DNA from: Squalus acanthias
Lineage: Eukaryota
Assembly: GCA_030390025.1 (NCBI GenBank)
Contig: CM059430.1
Coordinates: 72,850,001-72,914,000 of the forward strand
Length of the DNA: 64,000 nt
Direction: 5' to 3'
The notes under the pieces: model-generated
Databases searched by the model: none
Told to the model about the DNA's origin: nothing
Seen by the model: only the letters and a program-made list of their open reading frames with translations
Translations under genes and position numbers: made by a program
Shown: positions 50,110-64,000 of the stretch, one piece after another
How the letters are laid out: the number at the start of each line of letters is the position of its first letter
Numbering within the stretch: the stretch's first letter is position 1

Positions 50110-53100
50110 CTAAACAGCTGTGAGGAAATAAATGCAAACGATAATGAGATATATCGCACACACTCGGCTTGCTGACAATAATCATCGACTTCTGATAGTA
50201 GGTTATAATTGCTGAGGTTTAAATTCAATCTTTGTGAACGATATCTGAGCCTACAAGCGCTGTCTATAACGAATTCATTTTAAACGACGAGATCTGTCGG
50301 CGCTGCTGTGTATTTAATGTGCCTTGCTACCACATTTCTATTCTTAAAACTAACCTGATGTGAATCGCAGACCACACCAGTACATTTTGAATTGCACATG
50401 TCTTCAGGAACAGACAATGAACAGACAATGAACACATCAACTGAGATATGGTTGAAGCGACGCAGGGCCTAAGATCTTGACATAACTCACGACGAAAGGT
50501 CTTTCACTGGACTGTGTTTCTTGTTTTAAGTTCAATTGACGTGGTAATACATCCTAACACCTGATTCAATTTGACAATATTCTCGTGGCACTGACCATGG
50601 ACATTTCATCATACATGCAATGTAATCCTCCTGTCTTTCTCTAGATCAACATCCTTGAGCAAAGGACCCGGCATCAGTCAAAGATGCAGTTGCTCCTATC
50701 CAAGTGCAGCACACTACATTCGTCTATATTAAATTATATCTACCAGATTCGTTTAATTCCTGTATTTAATCCAGTTTTGTCGGCAATCTTATTTTATTTC
50801 ATCCACGGTCTTTATATCCGCAGATATGATCGTGCAATCTACGCACTTGCAGATAACATCCCCATGCCTTTACCCAAATAATTGATAAATAATGCAATGG
50901 TACTAAAGATTAATAACTATCTTCTGTGCCCCTGAATAGAACAGATTCCTTAACAACCCAAACCAAATCCTGCATGCAAATCCCACAATACTCAGCCTAC
51001 CTTATCAGCCTTTTGTGCGGAACTGTATTAACCACTTTTTTAAAAGTCTAGATGTACAATATCAATATGACTGCCTCATCTACCAACTTTGTAATATCTT
51101 GGGAAAAAGTAAAACGACATTGGTGAGACACGACCTTCCATTTCATAAACCATGTCTGGATTCCCGATTAAACTCATCCATTCGAATTGATAGTACAGCG
51201 CATCTCGAATAACTGTATAATTTCGAGTTTCTCACTTAGACCATTTTTGAAATTTTGGGAAGTCGTGGCCCCCTCAGTGGTCCATGGACAGCATCATAGA
51301 TAACTATACAATATAACTACTAAATTTATACACAAACATCTGACATAGCACAGGACACATTTATTGGAACACACTCGGTAGAATGTCTTTCAGGTCAGCA
51401 CCCCGACTTTCTTTCCGAGCACTAACTGCAGCAAGAACTGCATCTCAATCCAGTTCAAAAGGTTTAGTTTTAATATCAGCCTCATGTCGTCGTATTGGTA
51501 AACCAACATCTTTGAATGTAGTGAAGGCAGGTGCAAAGTAAGCTTTTAAAACTTTTGCCATGTCCTGGGATTCCGCCTGAAGCTGCCCAGAGGATCGTTC
51601 AATGGTCAAGTACTTTCCTTGGTGAGCCTGTTATGTTCAACATAGTTAAAAAATACCTTGCTGTTAATACCACACCGATACAATCTTCTCCATCCATGTC
51701 TTTATCTCTAATCATACAGAATCTAACATTTATCCTAATGCTTGAACCTTGGGGCTTGTATAACATTGGACCAGTGAGCGAAAAAGTGACCAAAAACAAC
51801 CAGAAATAACACCAACACATACCATATGCAACAGAGTTCAGATTTCCAGCGTCTGCTGTATCTTGCTTTTGACATATCAAAACATGATATTAATAGAAAG
51901 GAAAACTCAAGGATATACCTGTATAAGCAATCGCGAAGATCAATATCCAGGGAAGCACAATCATATTTAGAAATGGAATTGACTGCAGGCTACAGGTAGG
52001 CGCCATCCTCTGTTGGTTTGGAAATACTGGCTTACTCCGAACATGATTCGAACTGAGAGATGATGACGCATGAGTCTAAAACTGCTGTCAGTAATGGAAA
52101 TTATTTTAGGAGTTAAGATATGTGCGCGCGGTTGTGCGTTCATGATTGACTGTAACTTGATCACACTATTTAATCTGAAATCCTGTAGTAGCAGTAAATA
52201 TATCTTTAAAGAATTAGATCAAACTTTTGGAGGAATTATTTAGCTCGACATCTGCAGTTGTTGAGAAAGTTTATGGACTCCAACAAAGTCAACACGACTG
52301 GCCGATTTCACACAGCGCCATACGCACTCTTGTACATGCACATAACTTTAAGCCAATATGATAGCAAACCACCATCACTACAGCGGACGGCGGCCCCAGA
52401 CTTGCACCTCCATTTCAATAAACATAAGAAGCGCAACTTATACTGCCGGCTCTCCCTGGCATTGAGTACAATGAACGTAGACATTTGTGAGTTTGTGTTT
52501 GGCGTTTTCCATCTGCCAGTTAACAGCTGAAGATATAATTTGAGCGTTATGTCTCACTCATTTAACCATAGTAGAGAATATACTTCATAAAACAGCCGTT
52601 GATCAAATTCAGCGAGCAGACCAGAAACACCAATGTAAGAAAGATAATAATATACAGAACGATTTTTGACTATTCAGACATTTTGTGTGGACGTTCCAGT
52701 GGACACTGAAAGAATAAGTATGAAGGTGGGTAGAATTAATCTGCTGTTCAACTGAAACCTGCTATCTGTTTTTGCAGATATATTGAGGCATTGTTCAGAA
52801 TAATTCCTGCTAATAACCATAAGTGTGTCAAGATATTATTACGTTGCAATCAAAAGGCGCATGTTTAGTGTTAGAACTGCCTACACGGAAATGTACTAAT
52901 AAACCATTTCCGTTTTTTACCCCGAGACAGCAATCCGTTTATGATGTAATCTATCAAATAGAGCAGAAACCGCATTTCTGGTGAGGCCGAAAAGGTCATC
53001 TGCTCTTTGATCAAGGTATGAACGGCCAGTGTTCTAAGCGCATTTTAAGAGGATACGTGCGAGTAGAAACCATAGTTTAACCTTGTGACTCTTGCTGATG

Positions 53101-53772
53101 AATTGTTTCACGATCATAACCATTTACCTTGTTAACCTACATCACGGTATGTAATATCGTGTTGCTAATGGTAAAGTAGATCAAAGATCAGCAGAGGAAC
53201 AACTACCATCTTTTCTTTTTATTGATCAACATAGTCTTACATTAAACAATCTGTACTTTATGCAACAACCTACTTCAAAAAGCGCGGGATCATCCCCACG
53301 ACGCAGTACGTTTGAGATACAAGAGTTCATTAACGGTCTCGCAACATTTTAATAGATTAATCATTGAAATTAAGATACTAATCTGTCCGGCCACAGATTT
53401 CTCTGTTTAAGATAAACTGTGTGATTATTCTGTACCTATTTCGATGCTAGATAAATCAAAATCCTTTTAAAATGTCTATCGTAAAAAAAGTCATAAAAAT
53501 AGGTGAAAGTAATTTTAAATATTTGTAATGCCAGCAATATAATAATGTATTATGCATTGAAAGGGGTTTTGCATTTTTAGCAACCTTGCATATTTAGAGA
53601 TCACTTTAATCGATTTGAAATTAGTTGTTTGGATCAAAACGCAGAACTTCAATAACAAACAATGGGCTTTGAGCAGAAACAAAGCAGAAGAAGATTACAG
53701 CTTATAGGCTCAGTTTGGAACATTGTAAAGGAAATGCTGCAAGACCAACGTTGGAAATAGAATTTATAGAAA

Positions 53773-55826
53773 TATACAATCATAGAATCATAGAGCATTT
53801 ATCGAATTCCCATTTGAAAGCAACCATTGGATCTGCTTCCATCACCCTACTGCATTCCAGATCATAACAAATCATAGAATTACATAGAATTACAGCGCAG
53901 AAACAGGCCTTTCGGCCCAACCAGTCCATGCTGGCATTTATGCTGCCCTTGAGACTCCGCTCATCCTTCCTCATCTAAATATTTCAACATAACCCTCTAT
54001 TCCCTTCTCCCTCATATGCTTATGTAGCTTTCCTTTAAATTCATCCTTACAATTCGCCTCAACGACTACCTGTTGTACCGAGTTCCACATTCTCAGCATT
54101 CTCTTGGTAAAGAAGCTTATTCTGAATTCCCTATTTGATTTCTTTCCGAAAGTTGCCTCGGCCCCAAGCTCTAGAATTCCCTGTCTAAACTTCTCTGCCT
54201 CTCTACCTCTCTTTACTCCTTTAAAATGCTCCTTAAAACATATCTGTTTGACAATCTTTTGGTCATCTGCCCTGATTTCTCTTTATGTGCCTCGTTGTCA
54301 ATTTGTTTTGTCTTATAATACTCCTGTGAAGCACCTTGGGACGTTTTAATACGTTAAAGGCGCTATAAAATAAAAGTTGTTGTTGTTGTTGAATATTTTA
54401 TATTGATGGCTTCTAGATTTGCTGGTCCCCACAAGATTAAACACTCTGTGTTTACTCTATCAAAACATTTGATAATTTTGAAGACTTTTATTAGGTCACC
54501 CCTCAGCCTTCTCTTTGCAAGAGAAAATAGACCCAGCATGTTCATCCTTTCCTTATTGGTATAACATCGCAGTTTTAGTGTCATTGTTGTAAATCCTTTT
54601 TGCAAGCTCTCCAGTATAACTATAGCCATTTTATAATATGGCAATCAGAATGGTACACAGTACTCCACGTGTGGTCTAACCAAGTTTCAGTACAAGTTGA
54701 GCATAACTTTTCTAATTTTCAATTCTATCCGTCTGGAAATAAAACCCCATGATTGTTTTTCTTTTTTATAGCCTTATTAACTTGAGTCACTAATATAAGT
54801 GATCTGTGTAATTGTACATCCAGATCCCTTTGCTGCTCTATCCCATTTAGATTATTATTTTCCAAGTAACATGTGACCACCTTATTTTTCTTACCAATAT
54901 GTAATAACCCACGCTTATCTATATTGAAATTCAGTTGCCAATTGAATGCCCATTCTGCAAGTTTATTAATGTTTTCTTGTAATTTCTTGCAGTCCTCCTC
55001 AGTATTGAGTCTCCCCGCCCAATTGGGTGTCATCCACAAATGTAAAAATTGTGTTTTAATTCAAAAGTCTAAATTGTTAATATAAATTGTGAACAACAGT
55101 GGTCCCAGTATAGATCCTTGTGTGACCTCACTTCCCACCTTCTGCCAATCTGATTAACTACCCTTCACTTTAACTATCTGCTTTCTGTCTAGCAACCAGC
55201 TAGCTAGCCATTCTTCTACTTCTTCCCTGAATCTGCAGGCTGTGACCTTATTGATTAGTCTATTATGTGGTACCTTATCGAAGGTCTTTTGGAAATCTAG
55301 ATATATTACATTACTACATTTCCCTTATCTACACTCTCTATTACCTCTTCAAAAATTCAATGTGATTGGTTAGGCAAAGCTTTCACTTTTGAAATCCATG
55401 CTAAATATTCGTTATTATATTTTTGGTTTCTAGATGTTTTTCTATTGTTTCCTTCAGTAGGGATTCGATTACCTTCTCCCACAACCGATGTATAGCAGAT
55501 GCATATATTGTACCCTAGACATTTTCTATCTCCCTTCTTAAATATATGTTTAACTTTAGCTATCTGCCAGTCCTCTGGCATTACAACTTTTTTCTGACAA
55601 ATTAACAAATATGTGTATTGATGGCTCTGCTATCTCGCAACTTAAATTCTTTTGGAATTAAGTGATGTAATGCCTCCTGACCAGAGGTTTTATCCTCTTT
55701 GATTTTGATCAATTTACTGAATATTTTTCCCTTTCTATTTTAAATGTGGTTATAGCTTTTCTAATCTCATCATCCGATGTCATTTCCACCTGATCCGTCT
55801 TCCTGATAAATAGTGAAGCAAAATAA
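53773..55826 (-). mobile_element. Old CR1 LINE with a nested L2 tail; largely deleted in unit A (remnant 18093-18355)
   Basis: Degenerate RT motifs in ORFs 54363, 54725 and 55357; (atcataga)n tail. Confidence 0.88.
54145..54390 (+). mobile_element. L2 3' fragment
   Basis: ctcctgtgaagcaccttgggacgttttaatacgttaaaggcgctata..(gtt)n tail. Confidence 0.75.
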
Positions 55827-57079
55827 TAGCCCTGAAATTGCGATCTCCCTGACAGCGTACTCTCAGCGTACTCCGTCTTGATCCATTTGAAAGCTCCCGC
55901 AACTTCTGAGTTTCTGCAGGTACTTGCCCATATGTGAAATCCGGAACTTGCGATGTGTCAATGTAAGGCTTGTCATGTTATTCGAAGCGCATTGAAACTC
56001 AGTATTGCTGGCGTAGGTTGGACTATTTGCCAAACAACTGCTCAGCGATTGCCCAGGAATCTCTTATAGCTTGTAAAATCAAGCATACGGCCTGCTTTCA
56101 TCAGTTTAACGATACACATCAGCCTTAAATTAAACATTTAGAACTCAAAAATGATGCACATACACTTTAAATTAGTTTCTGCAAATATTGGCCCGGATTA
56201 AGATGATTAACATTATTTATAGAATTTTTGTTTTATTGAGATTGGTGCAATGAAGGAACTTTTGACTAAAATTGCAATTCAATGCATTTATAATCATTAG
56301 CATTCTGTAAATTCAATAATTATTTGGGTATTCAATTTCGTATCATTAGGGGATTCCCTTTATACATGGTTGCAAAGGAATCCTCCTTTGTGATTGAGGG
56401 ACTGGGCCGATGTGATCCCAGTTAACTTTCGGAAGTGCTTGCGTCCATGGGATCCGTGGGCCGTTCTGCTGCCGTACACCTGGAGTCACGGCCTCGCAAC
56501 TCTACGCAGCCTGGACGCCTGGAGATAGGCTCGTAATTGTTTTCCAATTTGGAGGCGTACTCTGGAGGTACACCTCCGACCGCAATAGCAAGTCCATCAA
56601 TGTGTTTTCTGCCATTTTGCTATCGCTGCCTCTGATGTTATCATTCCATCCATTAGTGGCCCTACTCCAACCGGACTTTCCTTTTTTTATTTATGTGCCT
56701 GTAAAATATTTAGCTATTTTGTTTCATGTTCCATTTATTTAATTTCATAGATCCTCCTTGCCTTCCTGATTGATTTTTTTGACTTCTCTCCTAATTAGTT
56801 TGCATGAACCCTTATCATGCTTTAACTTGCTGCAGTTATCCTTAGTGTACGTTTATTTCCTTGTGCATAATTCTTCTCTGGTGTCTTTAATAATCCATGG
56901 TGTTTCATCAGTATTTAGAATTTTTTTTAGCGGAATGTAATTTTACTGGATTCTGGTGAACACCGCTTTAAATGTTTCACATTGCCGTTCGACATTGCTT
57001 GCTGATATTGCTTTTGATTTTATTTTCCCAAGTTCGAGGCTCAAAGCCTCAAAGTCAGCTTTTCTTCAATCTATTACCT

Positions 57080-58370
57080 TGGTGTTTGTCATGCTTATCT
57101 CCGAGTATACACCCTCGAGCTTGTTGTGGGTGCTGGAAGAGTGCTAGCACACCGATCTGGCGCAGGATGAAGGCAATCGTGGCTGCTGCCTGGACAGTGG
57201 GCATTGGCATTAAGAATTCACTTTAACTGGTCGCATACCAACTGCACATTAATTGTATAGTAGCCTTTGCATTTAGCGAATATATCAGGATTGTTATGAG
57301 GTGCCCGCAAAGCCATGTAGGTGCAGTCGATGGTGCCCTGCACCATGGGGAAGCCTGCCTTCCTGGGAAAGCCAAATGCACGCTCGTCCTGCTTCTTTCT
57401 GTGATTGGCAAGCCAATGTCGTTACTTCTCCTGCTGTAGAGAGCCTCAGTGACCTCCCGGATGCAGCGATGGACGCTAAAGAGTGAGATGTTAACTATGT
57501 CTCCTGTTGCTGAATGGAAGGAACCGCTGGCGAAGAAATTGGGAGCCACAGTGACCTTGACTGCCATTGGCAGAGCCGTGGTCGCCATCACCTAAGGCTG
57601 GCGATCTTGTTGCAGGAGGTGGCAGAGTTCTGTGTCCACTTTCTTTCTGAAGCGAAGCTTTCCACTACACTGCTCTTCGCTTAAAAGCAGTTTGGAGAAG
57701 TGCCATCGGAATACCCTTGGTGGGTAAGGCCTCATGGTGAGAGCCCTGAAAGCCCTCCTCCACACTCTGTACACATTGTTTCCATATTTCTCTATGCCTA
57801 CGCTCCCTGCACCATAGATCCTGGAGAGTGAGGTGGCATGCCAGTACAGCCCCATTAATGTTATCAAGTGTAGCACTTCGAATCATTGAACAATAAGTGC
57901 AGCTAATTTTAAGTTGCCAGAAGACTCCTAATACAAAAGTAGCTTGAAATTACTGAATGAAACTGTTGCAGTGGGTGAACCTAACAAAAAAAACACAAAA
58001 ACTACACTAATCTGACAGCTGCAAGTGATTACTGATAATCGCTTTAAATAATTTCCCTGGAGCCTGCTTCCTGTTGCTGCACGCCAGCTCTCCCTGTTGG
58101 TGTTTACTCCAGGCAGTGAGAAAAGTGGCGATAATCAATTTTGCAAATCGTGCGGTCAGGGAGCATCCCACACTCACTGACGCCAGAATCTACCTGGCGT
58201 GGACTTTCTCGGTAATATCTCTTACGGGTGGTGCTCCGGGAAGTGAGGGTGGGGCGGATTTGGCGTGCGGTGCTGGATATGCCTCGCCCCGGCGATGCTG
58301 ATCTAGTGTCCTGTTAGCGCCATCTACAGGCACTAACGGGAGGTGCTAAGGGTACGAATTCGCTCCCCCT
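57080..58370 (-). mobile_element. Decayed Harbinger left arm and transposase 5' part
   Basis: RPYPPRVFR..KLRFRK..TELCHLLQ and ALPMAVKVTVAPNFFASGSF; the terminus and subterminal motif resemble 35475-35515. Confidence 0.85.
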
Positions 58371-58859
58371 CTTTTAAAATAACGTTTACATTTCATAACT
58401 TTCCACACAGTGCACAGTATTTGTTTAGAAGAGGGAATTATGAGTATTGATTTGTAATCCCACAACAAAAGCTAAATTTGTATCTATTTTAATGGTTGTA
58501 GTAATGAAGTAATGTAGTAATTTCAATGATTGAAAGACAATCTGTTTTCTGATTGGAGGACCAGGCCCACGTGATACCAGGTACGCTTCCGCACAGGCTG
58601 CGTCCCTGAGATCATGGCCCTAGGACTCACAGCGTCAGATACTCAGAAGTGCTGCCATCAGGTCGGTGCATATTGTTTTCGCAGGTCATGCGGCATACTC
58701 CGGAGGTTCCCTGCAAACAGCAATTTTTGGCCCATTGTGTGTACTGCTGTACGTGGAGTTTTACTGATGTTTTTAATAGCGGTTCTACTCAGTTTTATTT
58801 TAACCCACTTTTAATGCCCCTGTTCTATAACTCTAATTATTCCCTCGCCACTTACATCT

Positions 58860-59580
58860 TCATTTAGTTTAGTCTGCCATAGGCTCTCCTTTCCTGTTTC
58901 TTTTATATATAGGCTTGTTTCATTTCTTATAGATAACTCCTTACAAGTCTTACTAGTTTTAAGTCTTTGCCACCTTCCTAGTGACCTTTTCCACTAGGAC
59001 ACTGGTTGGTCCCCATTCCGGTTCAGGGGGAGCCCGTCCTATCGTTATAGCTCCATCCTGTCCAAGCACTGTTAACAGTGCACTAAGAAATTGAACCCAA
59101 CTTTCCCACTCCAGCATTTTAGCCACCTGAATATCTCTGTCTCCATGACAATTTGCACGTGGTTTGGGCAATAATACTGAGATTACGACTCTCTAAGTCC
59201 TGATATATTAATTTAGCTCCTTACTCCTGATACTCCCTCAGCAGGACTTCCTCCCTGTTCCAATTATGTTGTTTGTTCCAACATGGACCAAGCAACTGGA
59301 TTATCCCTTTCCAAATTCCTCTCCAGCCGCCTCAAGTTATCCCTTACCCAGTAGGCAACATACCCTTCGGGACTCTCGTTCATGGCTGCAGAGGGCACTA
59401 TCTATACCGCTAATTAAAGAAGCCCCTGTCACTGCCACATGCCTATTCTGCTCTTTGCCCCCAAAACACTCCACACCGCCCGCCACCCCACCTTGGACAG
59501 CCTTCTGAGCCTCGGTGCCTTTGTCTACTTTGTGGCTAACATCCCCAAATGTTTGTCTCCTTGTCCTCACAGGTAGCATA
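58860..59580 (-). mobile_element. Decayed CR1 ORF1 (esterase-like) fragment; paralog at ~20050-20612
   Basis: VTGASLISGIDSALCSHERESRRVCCL resembles ORF1 at 32903 (IGDSIVSGIDRRFCGRKRDSRMVCCL). Confidence 0.8.
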
Positions 59581-59744
59581 ATAATATCATCTCCCCTCTG
59601 GTTATGTTGCCAATTAACTTAAAATTCGTCCTCTGGTTACCAACCATCCTGTCACTGGAAACAGTTTGTTATTTTGTCTGAAAAACCCTCATGAATGTTA
59701 ACACATTCATTGAATCTCCTCTAAACCTGCTCTGCTATTTTTAG

Positions 59745-60615
59745 ATTAATTCACGGGATGTGGGCGTCGCTGGCAAGGCCGGCCTTTATTGCCCATCCCT
59801 ATTTGCACTTGAGATGGTGGTGAGCTGCCTTCTTGAACCACTGCAGTCGTTGTGGTAAAGGTACTCCCGCAGTGCGGTTAGGGAGAGAGTTCCAGGATTT
59901 TATCCCAGCGATGATGAACCATGAAGGAACTGCGATATATTTCCAAGCCAGGATGGTGTGTAACTTGGAGGGGAAGTTGCAGGTTCCCATGCGCCTACTG
60001 CCCTTGTCCTTCTAGGTGGTAGAGGTCGCGGGTTTCCGAGGCGCTGCCGAAGAAGCCTTGGCGAGTTGCTGCAGTGCATCTTGTGGATGGTACACACTAA
60101 AACCACGGTGCGCCGCTGGTGATGCTGGACTAGTCTGTGGGACACCTCTTCCAATTTTGGCATTAGTCCCCAGATGTTAGTGAGAAGGACATTGCGGTGT
60201 GGACTGGGCTGGGTGTGCCATTGATCATATCGGAAGCCGGTGCCTAGGTCGATGCCGGGTGGTCCGCCCAGTTTCATTCTTATTATTGTTTTTCGTAGCA
60301 GTTGTTTATAACTGAGAGACCCGTTAGGTCATTTTAAAGTGCAGTTAAGAGCTGTGGGTATCGAGTAACATATAGGTCAGACCAGGTAAGGACGGCAGAT
60401 TTCCTTTCCCGAAAGAACATTAGTGAATCAGATGGGTTTTTACGACAATCGGATAGTTTCATGATCGCCATTAATGATAGTAGCTTTTTATTCCAGAATT
60501 ATTTAATTCAATTTAAATTTCCCAGCTGCCATGGTGGGATTTGGTCTTACCTATCTGGATCATTAAACCAGGCCTATGGATTATTAGTCCAGTAACATAA
60601 ACCACTATGCTACGT
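59745..60615 (-). mobile_element. LINE/SINE composite (CR1-clade C-terminus plus tRNA-like head; HE1/HER1-like)
   Basis: KSWNSLPN..LQWFKKAAHHHL; a head resembling gtagcatagtggtt..ttactggacta at ~60575-60612. Related head fragments lie at ~10860-10970 and ~47760-47890. Confidence 0.6.
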
Positions 60616-62169
60616 TTCCCGGCTCTAAGGAAAACAATCCAAGCTTATCGATTCTCTCCACCAAACTGAATTCACTCAGTTCTGGTATAAATCCGGTATT
60701 CTCTTCTGCACCCTCCAAAGCCTCGACGTTCTTCAAAAAGTGTGATGCCCATAATTTGACACATCAGCTGAGGTCTAATCAGCGATTGATAAAAGTTTAG
60801 CATAACTTCAGAAACATGAGAAAATTAAACGTTTTTAATAATAAAGGAAAAAATTATTCCTGATAGAATATTAGAAATTGAAAGTTAGAATCGTGTACTC
60901 TAACAGATATGTAAGCGCTTGGCCGGGACAGAGCGAGATGATCACTTTGCAGTGATTGCAAACCAGGAAAAATACATTTCCGCAAATAGGAACTTAACAA
61001 TAGTTGGGCAATAGAAAATGTTGCTGGGAAATTGTTATTGAGTTAAAGTGAGGTAATTGACACTGACATCAAAATTGGAATAATCCAGTTTGCATGAACA
61101 AGTAATGACGGAAAGATTTTTGCAAATGTGCTAACTTAACGGGTAGAAAAGCAACTGCCATGCTTTGGAAATAGGAAACGCTGTTATATTTGGGTGCCTC
61201 AGGGCTGATTTGATGCTTCACCGTAGACTCGAAATTAGACAAAACGTAATTTTGGAGTCCTGTCAAACAGTTTCGGTTTAGCATCGACATTAAACCTGCA
61301 ATTTGTAAACTGGGGTGGAAGGCCCCAACTGCCTCCGACGACAAGCGGGGTTTCCATCTCGTTATCTCCATATATTATCAGGTTTGGTCCTGGCTCCGGA
61401 TTGTGCGTGCATTTAAACTATTTGACTGTTTCCCCGGGTATCCTGAGTCCCGGCATCATAGCGAAGCACCCAGGTGGAGAACGGCAACCAGATGCCCTTA
61501 GGATGAAAGAGACTCAGGCATAACTATATTCGTTCACATACCCGACAAACTAAGAGGTTCGAGAGGAAAGACCCATTTGCAGCTTCTTCGGGAAATCCTT
61601 GTAACTGGGGGTCCATTTGAACAAACCACAAAATCATGAGGTGTGGGAAGGAACAGCAACTTCTTTCACGTTGAAACCCTTCTATTACAGGTACAGATCA
61701 TGCTTTCCACATTGAGTAAGTCCCAGCAATCCCAGACTACATGGAGGAGGCACTTCCATGGCTGTATGCCTTTTTCGTGACATTGCAATGGCTGGATAGA
61801 CGTTCCTGAGGAAAATCGGCGCAAAACTAGATATTAGTCTCTAGTACGATCGTTTTGTCATTGTTCTTGGGATGCAGTCGATGTAGGCAAATTAAATGTT
61901 TATCTGTAATTATCCTGGGAATGTGTCAGTGGGCGTTGCCTTCAAGTCCTTTCGCCCTTGTGGGCGACCTAGAAATTGCTTATCGCCAAGAAATGGGCAG
62001 TGTTAAGATTAAATGAGGTTAAGCTGCGTCACCTGAAAAATGTTCAGGTAGTGCACAAGATTCCGGCTCAATATTCATTAACATGATTGTAGTCATGATT
62101 TCAGCAATAAAACGGATGATCAGTGCTCATTGACTTTATACTCAACAGGTCGACCAATTTCGGGCCAGT

Positions 62170-64000
62170 CTAATTCAGAGTCATGAATGCTACAGGCATT
62201 TTCCACGATTAAAGGGGGGTTCAATCATGCTGCAGCACCTCATTGTCAGTGTGGTTGGGTGTTCAGCTGTCACAACTGCAAAGTAAAGAAGCCTCACAAA
62301 AGAATTTCCAACTTACAAGTGGTCATGACAGAGCCTAGGCAGAGGAAGAGAGCCCGCAGGTTCTCTGATGAAGCTCTGCTGGCAATGGTATTTGTAGTGG
62401 AGAGGAGGCAGGCAGTCGTATACCGTAGACTGGCAGGCGGCCCTTAGAGCAAACATTCATGTGGCGTGAGTTGGTGGAACACATCATAGCCAGCACTGAG
62501 GTCCACAGGACTCAAACCCAGTGCAGGAAGAAGTTTAACGACATCATACGGGTGGACAAGGTGGGTGAAAGCTTCACTAAATGCCATATGTCACCATCGG
62601 CACCACAAGCTTCACACACTGCTCAATGCACCAAACACCCAGCACTCACAAACCAACCTCTACATATTAGAAGTCACACACACATCTCACACTTTGCACT
62701 CATTGGCAGCTATTCAAATATTGGAGACACATCTTTCAAACACATTGCACTAAATTCACTCAGGCACTTCTCTTTCTATTGCAGGCAAAAGTCGCACAAA
62801 ATCGGAGGGAGAAGGAGCAACAGGCTGGGGCCAAGCTGTCCCCTAACAGCTCAGCCAGCTGGAGGAGAGAGTTATCGAAATCTTTCGGAGTCACGAGGTA
62901 GAGGACATGGCCACCGACGATGTTGAACCCCTTGTGGACTGCAACGGTATCTTCATTCCTAATCCATCTTCTCACATCCCACTTCACCTTCAGATCACAA
63001 TCTTTTCTCAATTTCAAGCTGTTCATGCTGAATGCATGAAAGTCTGGCTTCGCACCGTCCCTCCTCACCATAACCCGACTCTTGTGCCTATCAGCTTTCA
63101 GATAATCACCAAGCACTGGAGCTGCTTGTCCCCGAGGGCACCGCTGAGATTGAGGGGAGAGAAGAAGAGAAGAATGAGGCACCGCATCACTCACGTGCAG
63201 ACTCTAGCTCAGAAACTGGCATTGCGTGTACTTTAGAGGCTAGTGTAGAAGTTGGACCTGCACAGGGTGATACACCGAGCACGAGTGGGCTGTAGCAAGG
63301 CCAGGGGGAATGGATAGCTTGGGGGCAAGCTCCGCGCAGGTCGAGTTCACTCACGAAATCTGCTCCACAGGAGTCAGTTGAAGACCTCAATGGGGAGCTC
63401 TTCAGAAAAGGCGCGATTGGCATGCAGACAGAAATGATGGGTGCAATAGCAAGGCTGCCAGAGATTTCTCGGCAATGTAAAGGAACGTGGAGGTTTCTGC
63501 TTCCAACATTGCATAGGGCTCTGCACAAATAATGGAGCCGATGATTCCAGCTTGGAAATGAATTTACACTCCCAGAGAGACACCTTGGCAACCCAGACGT
63601 GATGTTGCGCATGATTGGTGATGTCACAGTTTCCATTGAAGCACAGCTGGAAGCAAACCAATGTCGTAGAGCTGCAGCGGAATCTCAGACTGCTCTCATG
63701 CAGTCTATGTTTGGTGCCATCCAAGCTCAGACAGCTCTCATGCAATGTCAGCTTGAAGCCACCCAAGCTCTGACTGCTGCCATCGTGGCTGGGTTTACCA
63801 CCGTCGACTGGAGCATGCAGTATGTCACAGCAGGCCGGCAATCAGTGCTCCAACTCAGTGCTTGGAAAGCTGAGGGGGCGCCCCGGGGGAGTGACAGTGG
63901 GTCAGTGGAGCAGAGCCCTGCTGTCCTCTCTCATGATGACAGCATTCCTCTTCCCAGTACCACCATTCCGCCATTGCTAATGCCGCTGCTTGTCAGTCAG
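62170..64000 (+). mobile_element. Decayed Harbinger Myb-gene region (unit B paralog of 22000-23830)
   Basis: RARRFSDEALLAMV..VE and RTQTQCRKKFND; collinear with unit A. Confidence 0.85.

Larger units (their letters stand above)
47577..64000 (+). repeat. Segmental duplication unit B (runs off the window end)
   Basis: Same collinear blocks as unit A, with paired ORFs (15315/52258, 14087/51015, 22281/62459). Confidence 0.93.

Overview
This is eukaryotic, repeat-rich genomic DNA, most likely from a cartilaginous fish (inferred from the CR1, L2, Penelope and Harbinger families and the receptor type). The main host content is a small cluster of non-rearranging, antigen-receptor-like Ig-superfamily genes. 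Copy B (minus strand, ~44351-50109) has a single-exon V domain ending in a J-like G-x-G-x-x-L strand, a C1-set exon, a TM exon with membrane-proximal Lys/Arg, and three cytoplasmic exons with repeated YAAL motifs. Copy A (minus strand, V 12871-13183, C1 11193-11496) is its frameshifted paralog. A third C1 relic lies on the plus strand at ~42361-42505. Copies A and B sit in a direct segmental duplication offset by ~37-40 kb (~10670-23830 vs ~47577-64000+). The rest is mobile DNA: a complete two-gene PIF/Harbinger transposon (35475-39804, TIRs plus 3-bp TSD), decayed Harbingers and many hairpin-rich MITEs, CR1 LINEs (one full length, one back-to-back pair), L2/SINE fragments, and Penelope fragments carrying two minimal hammerhead ribozymes with a compensatory base-pair change. 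All calls were made by eye; no searches were run.
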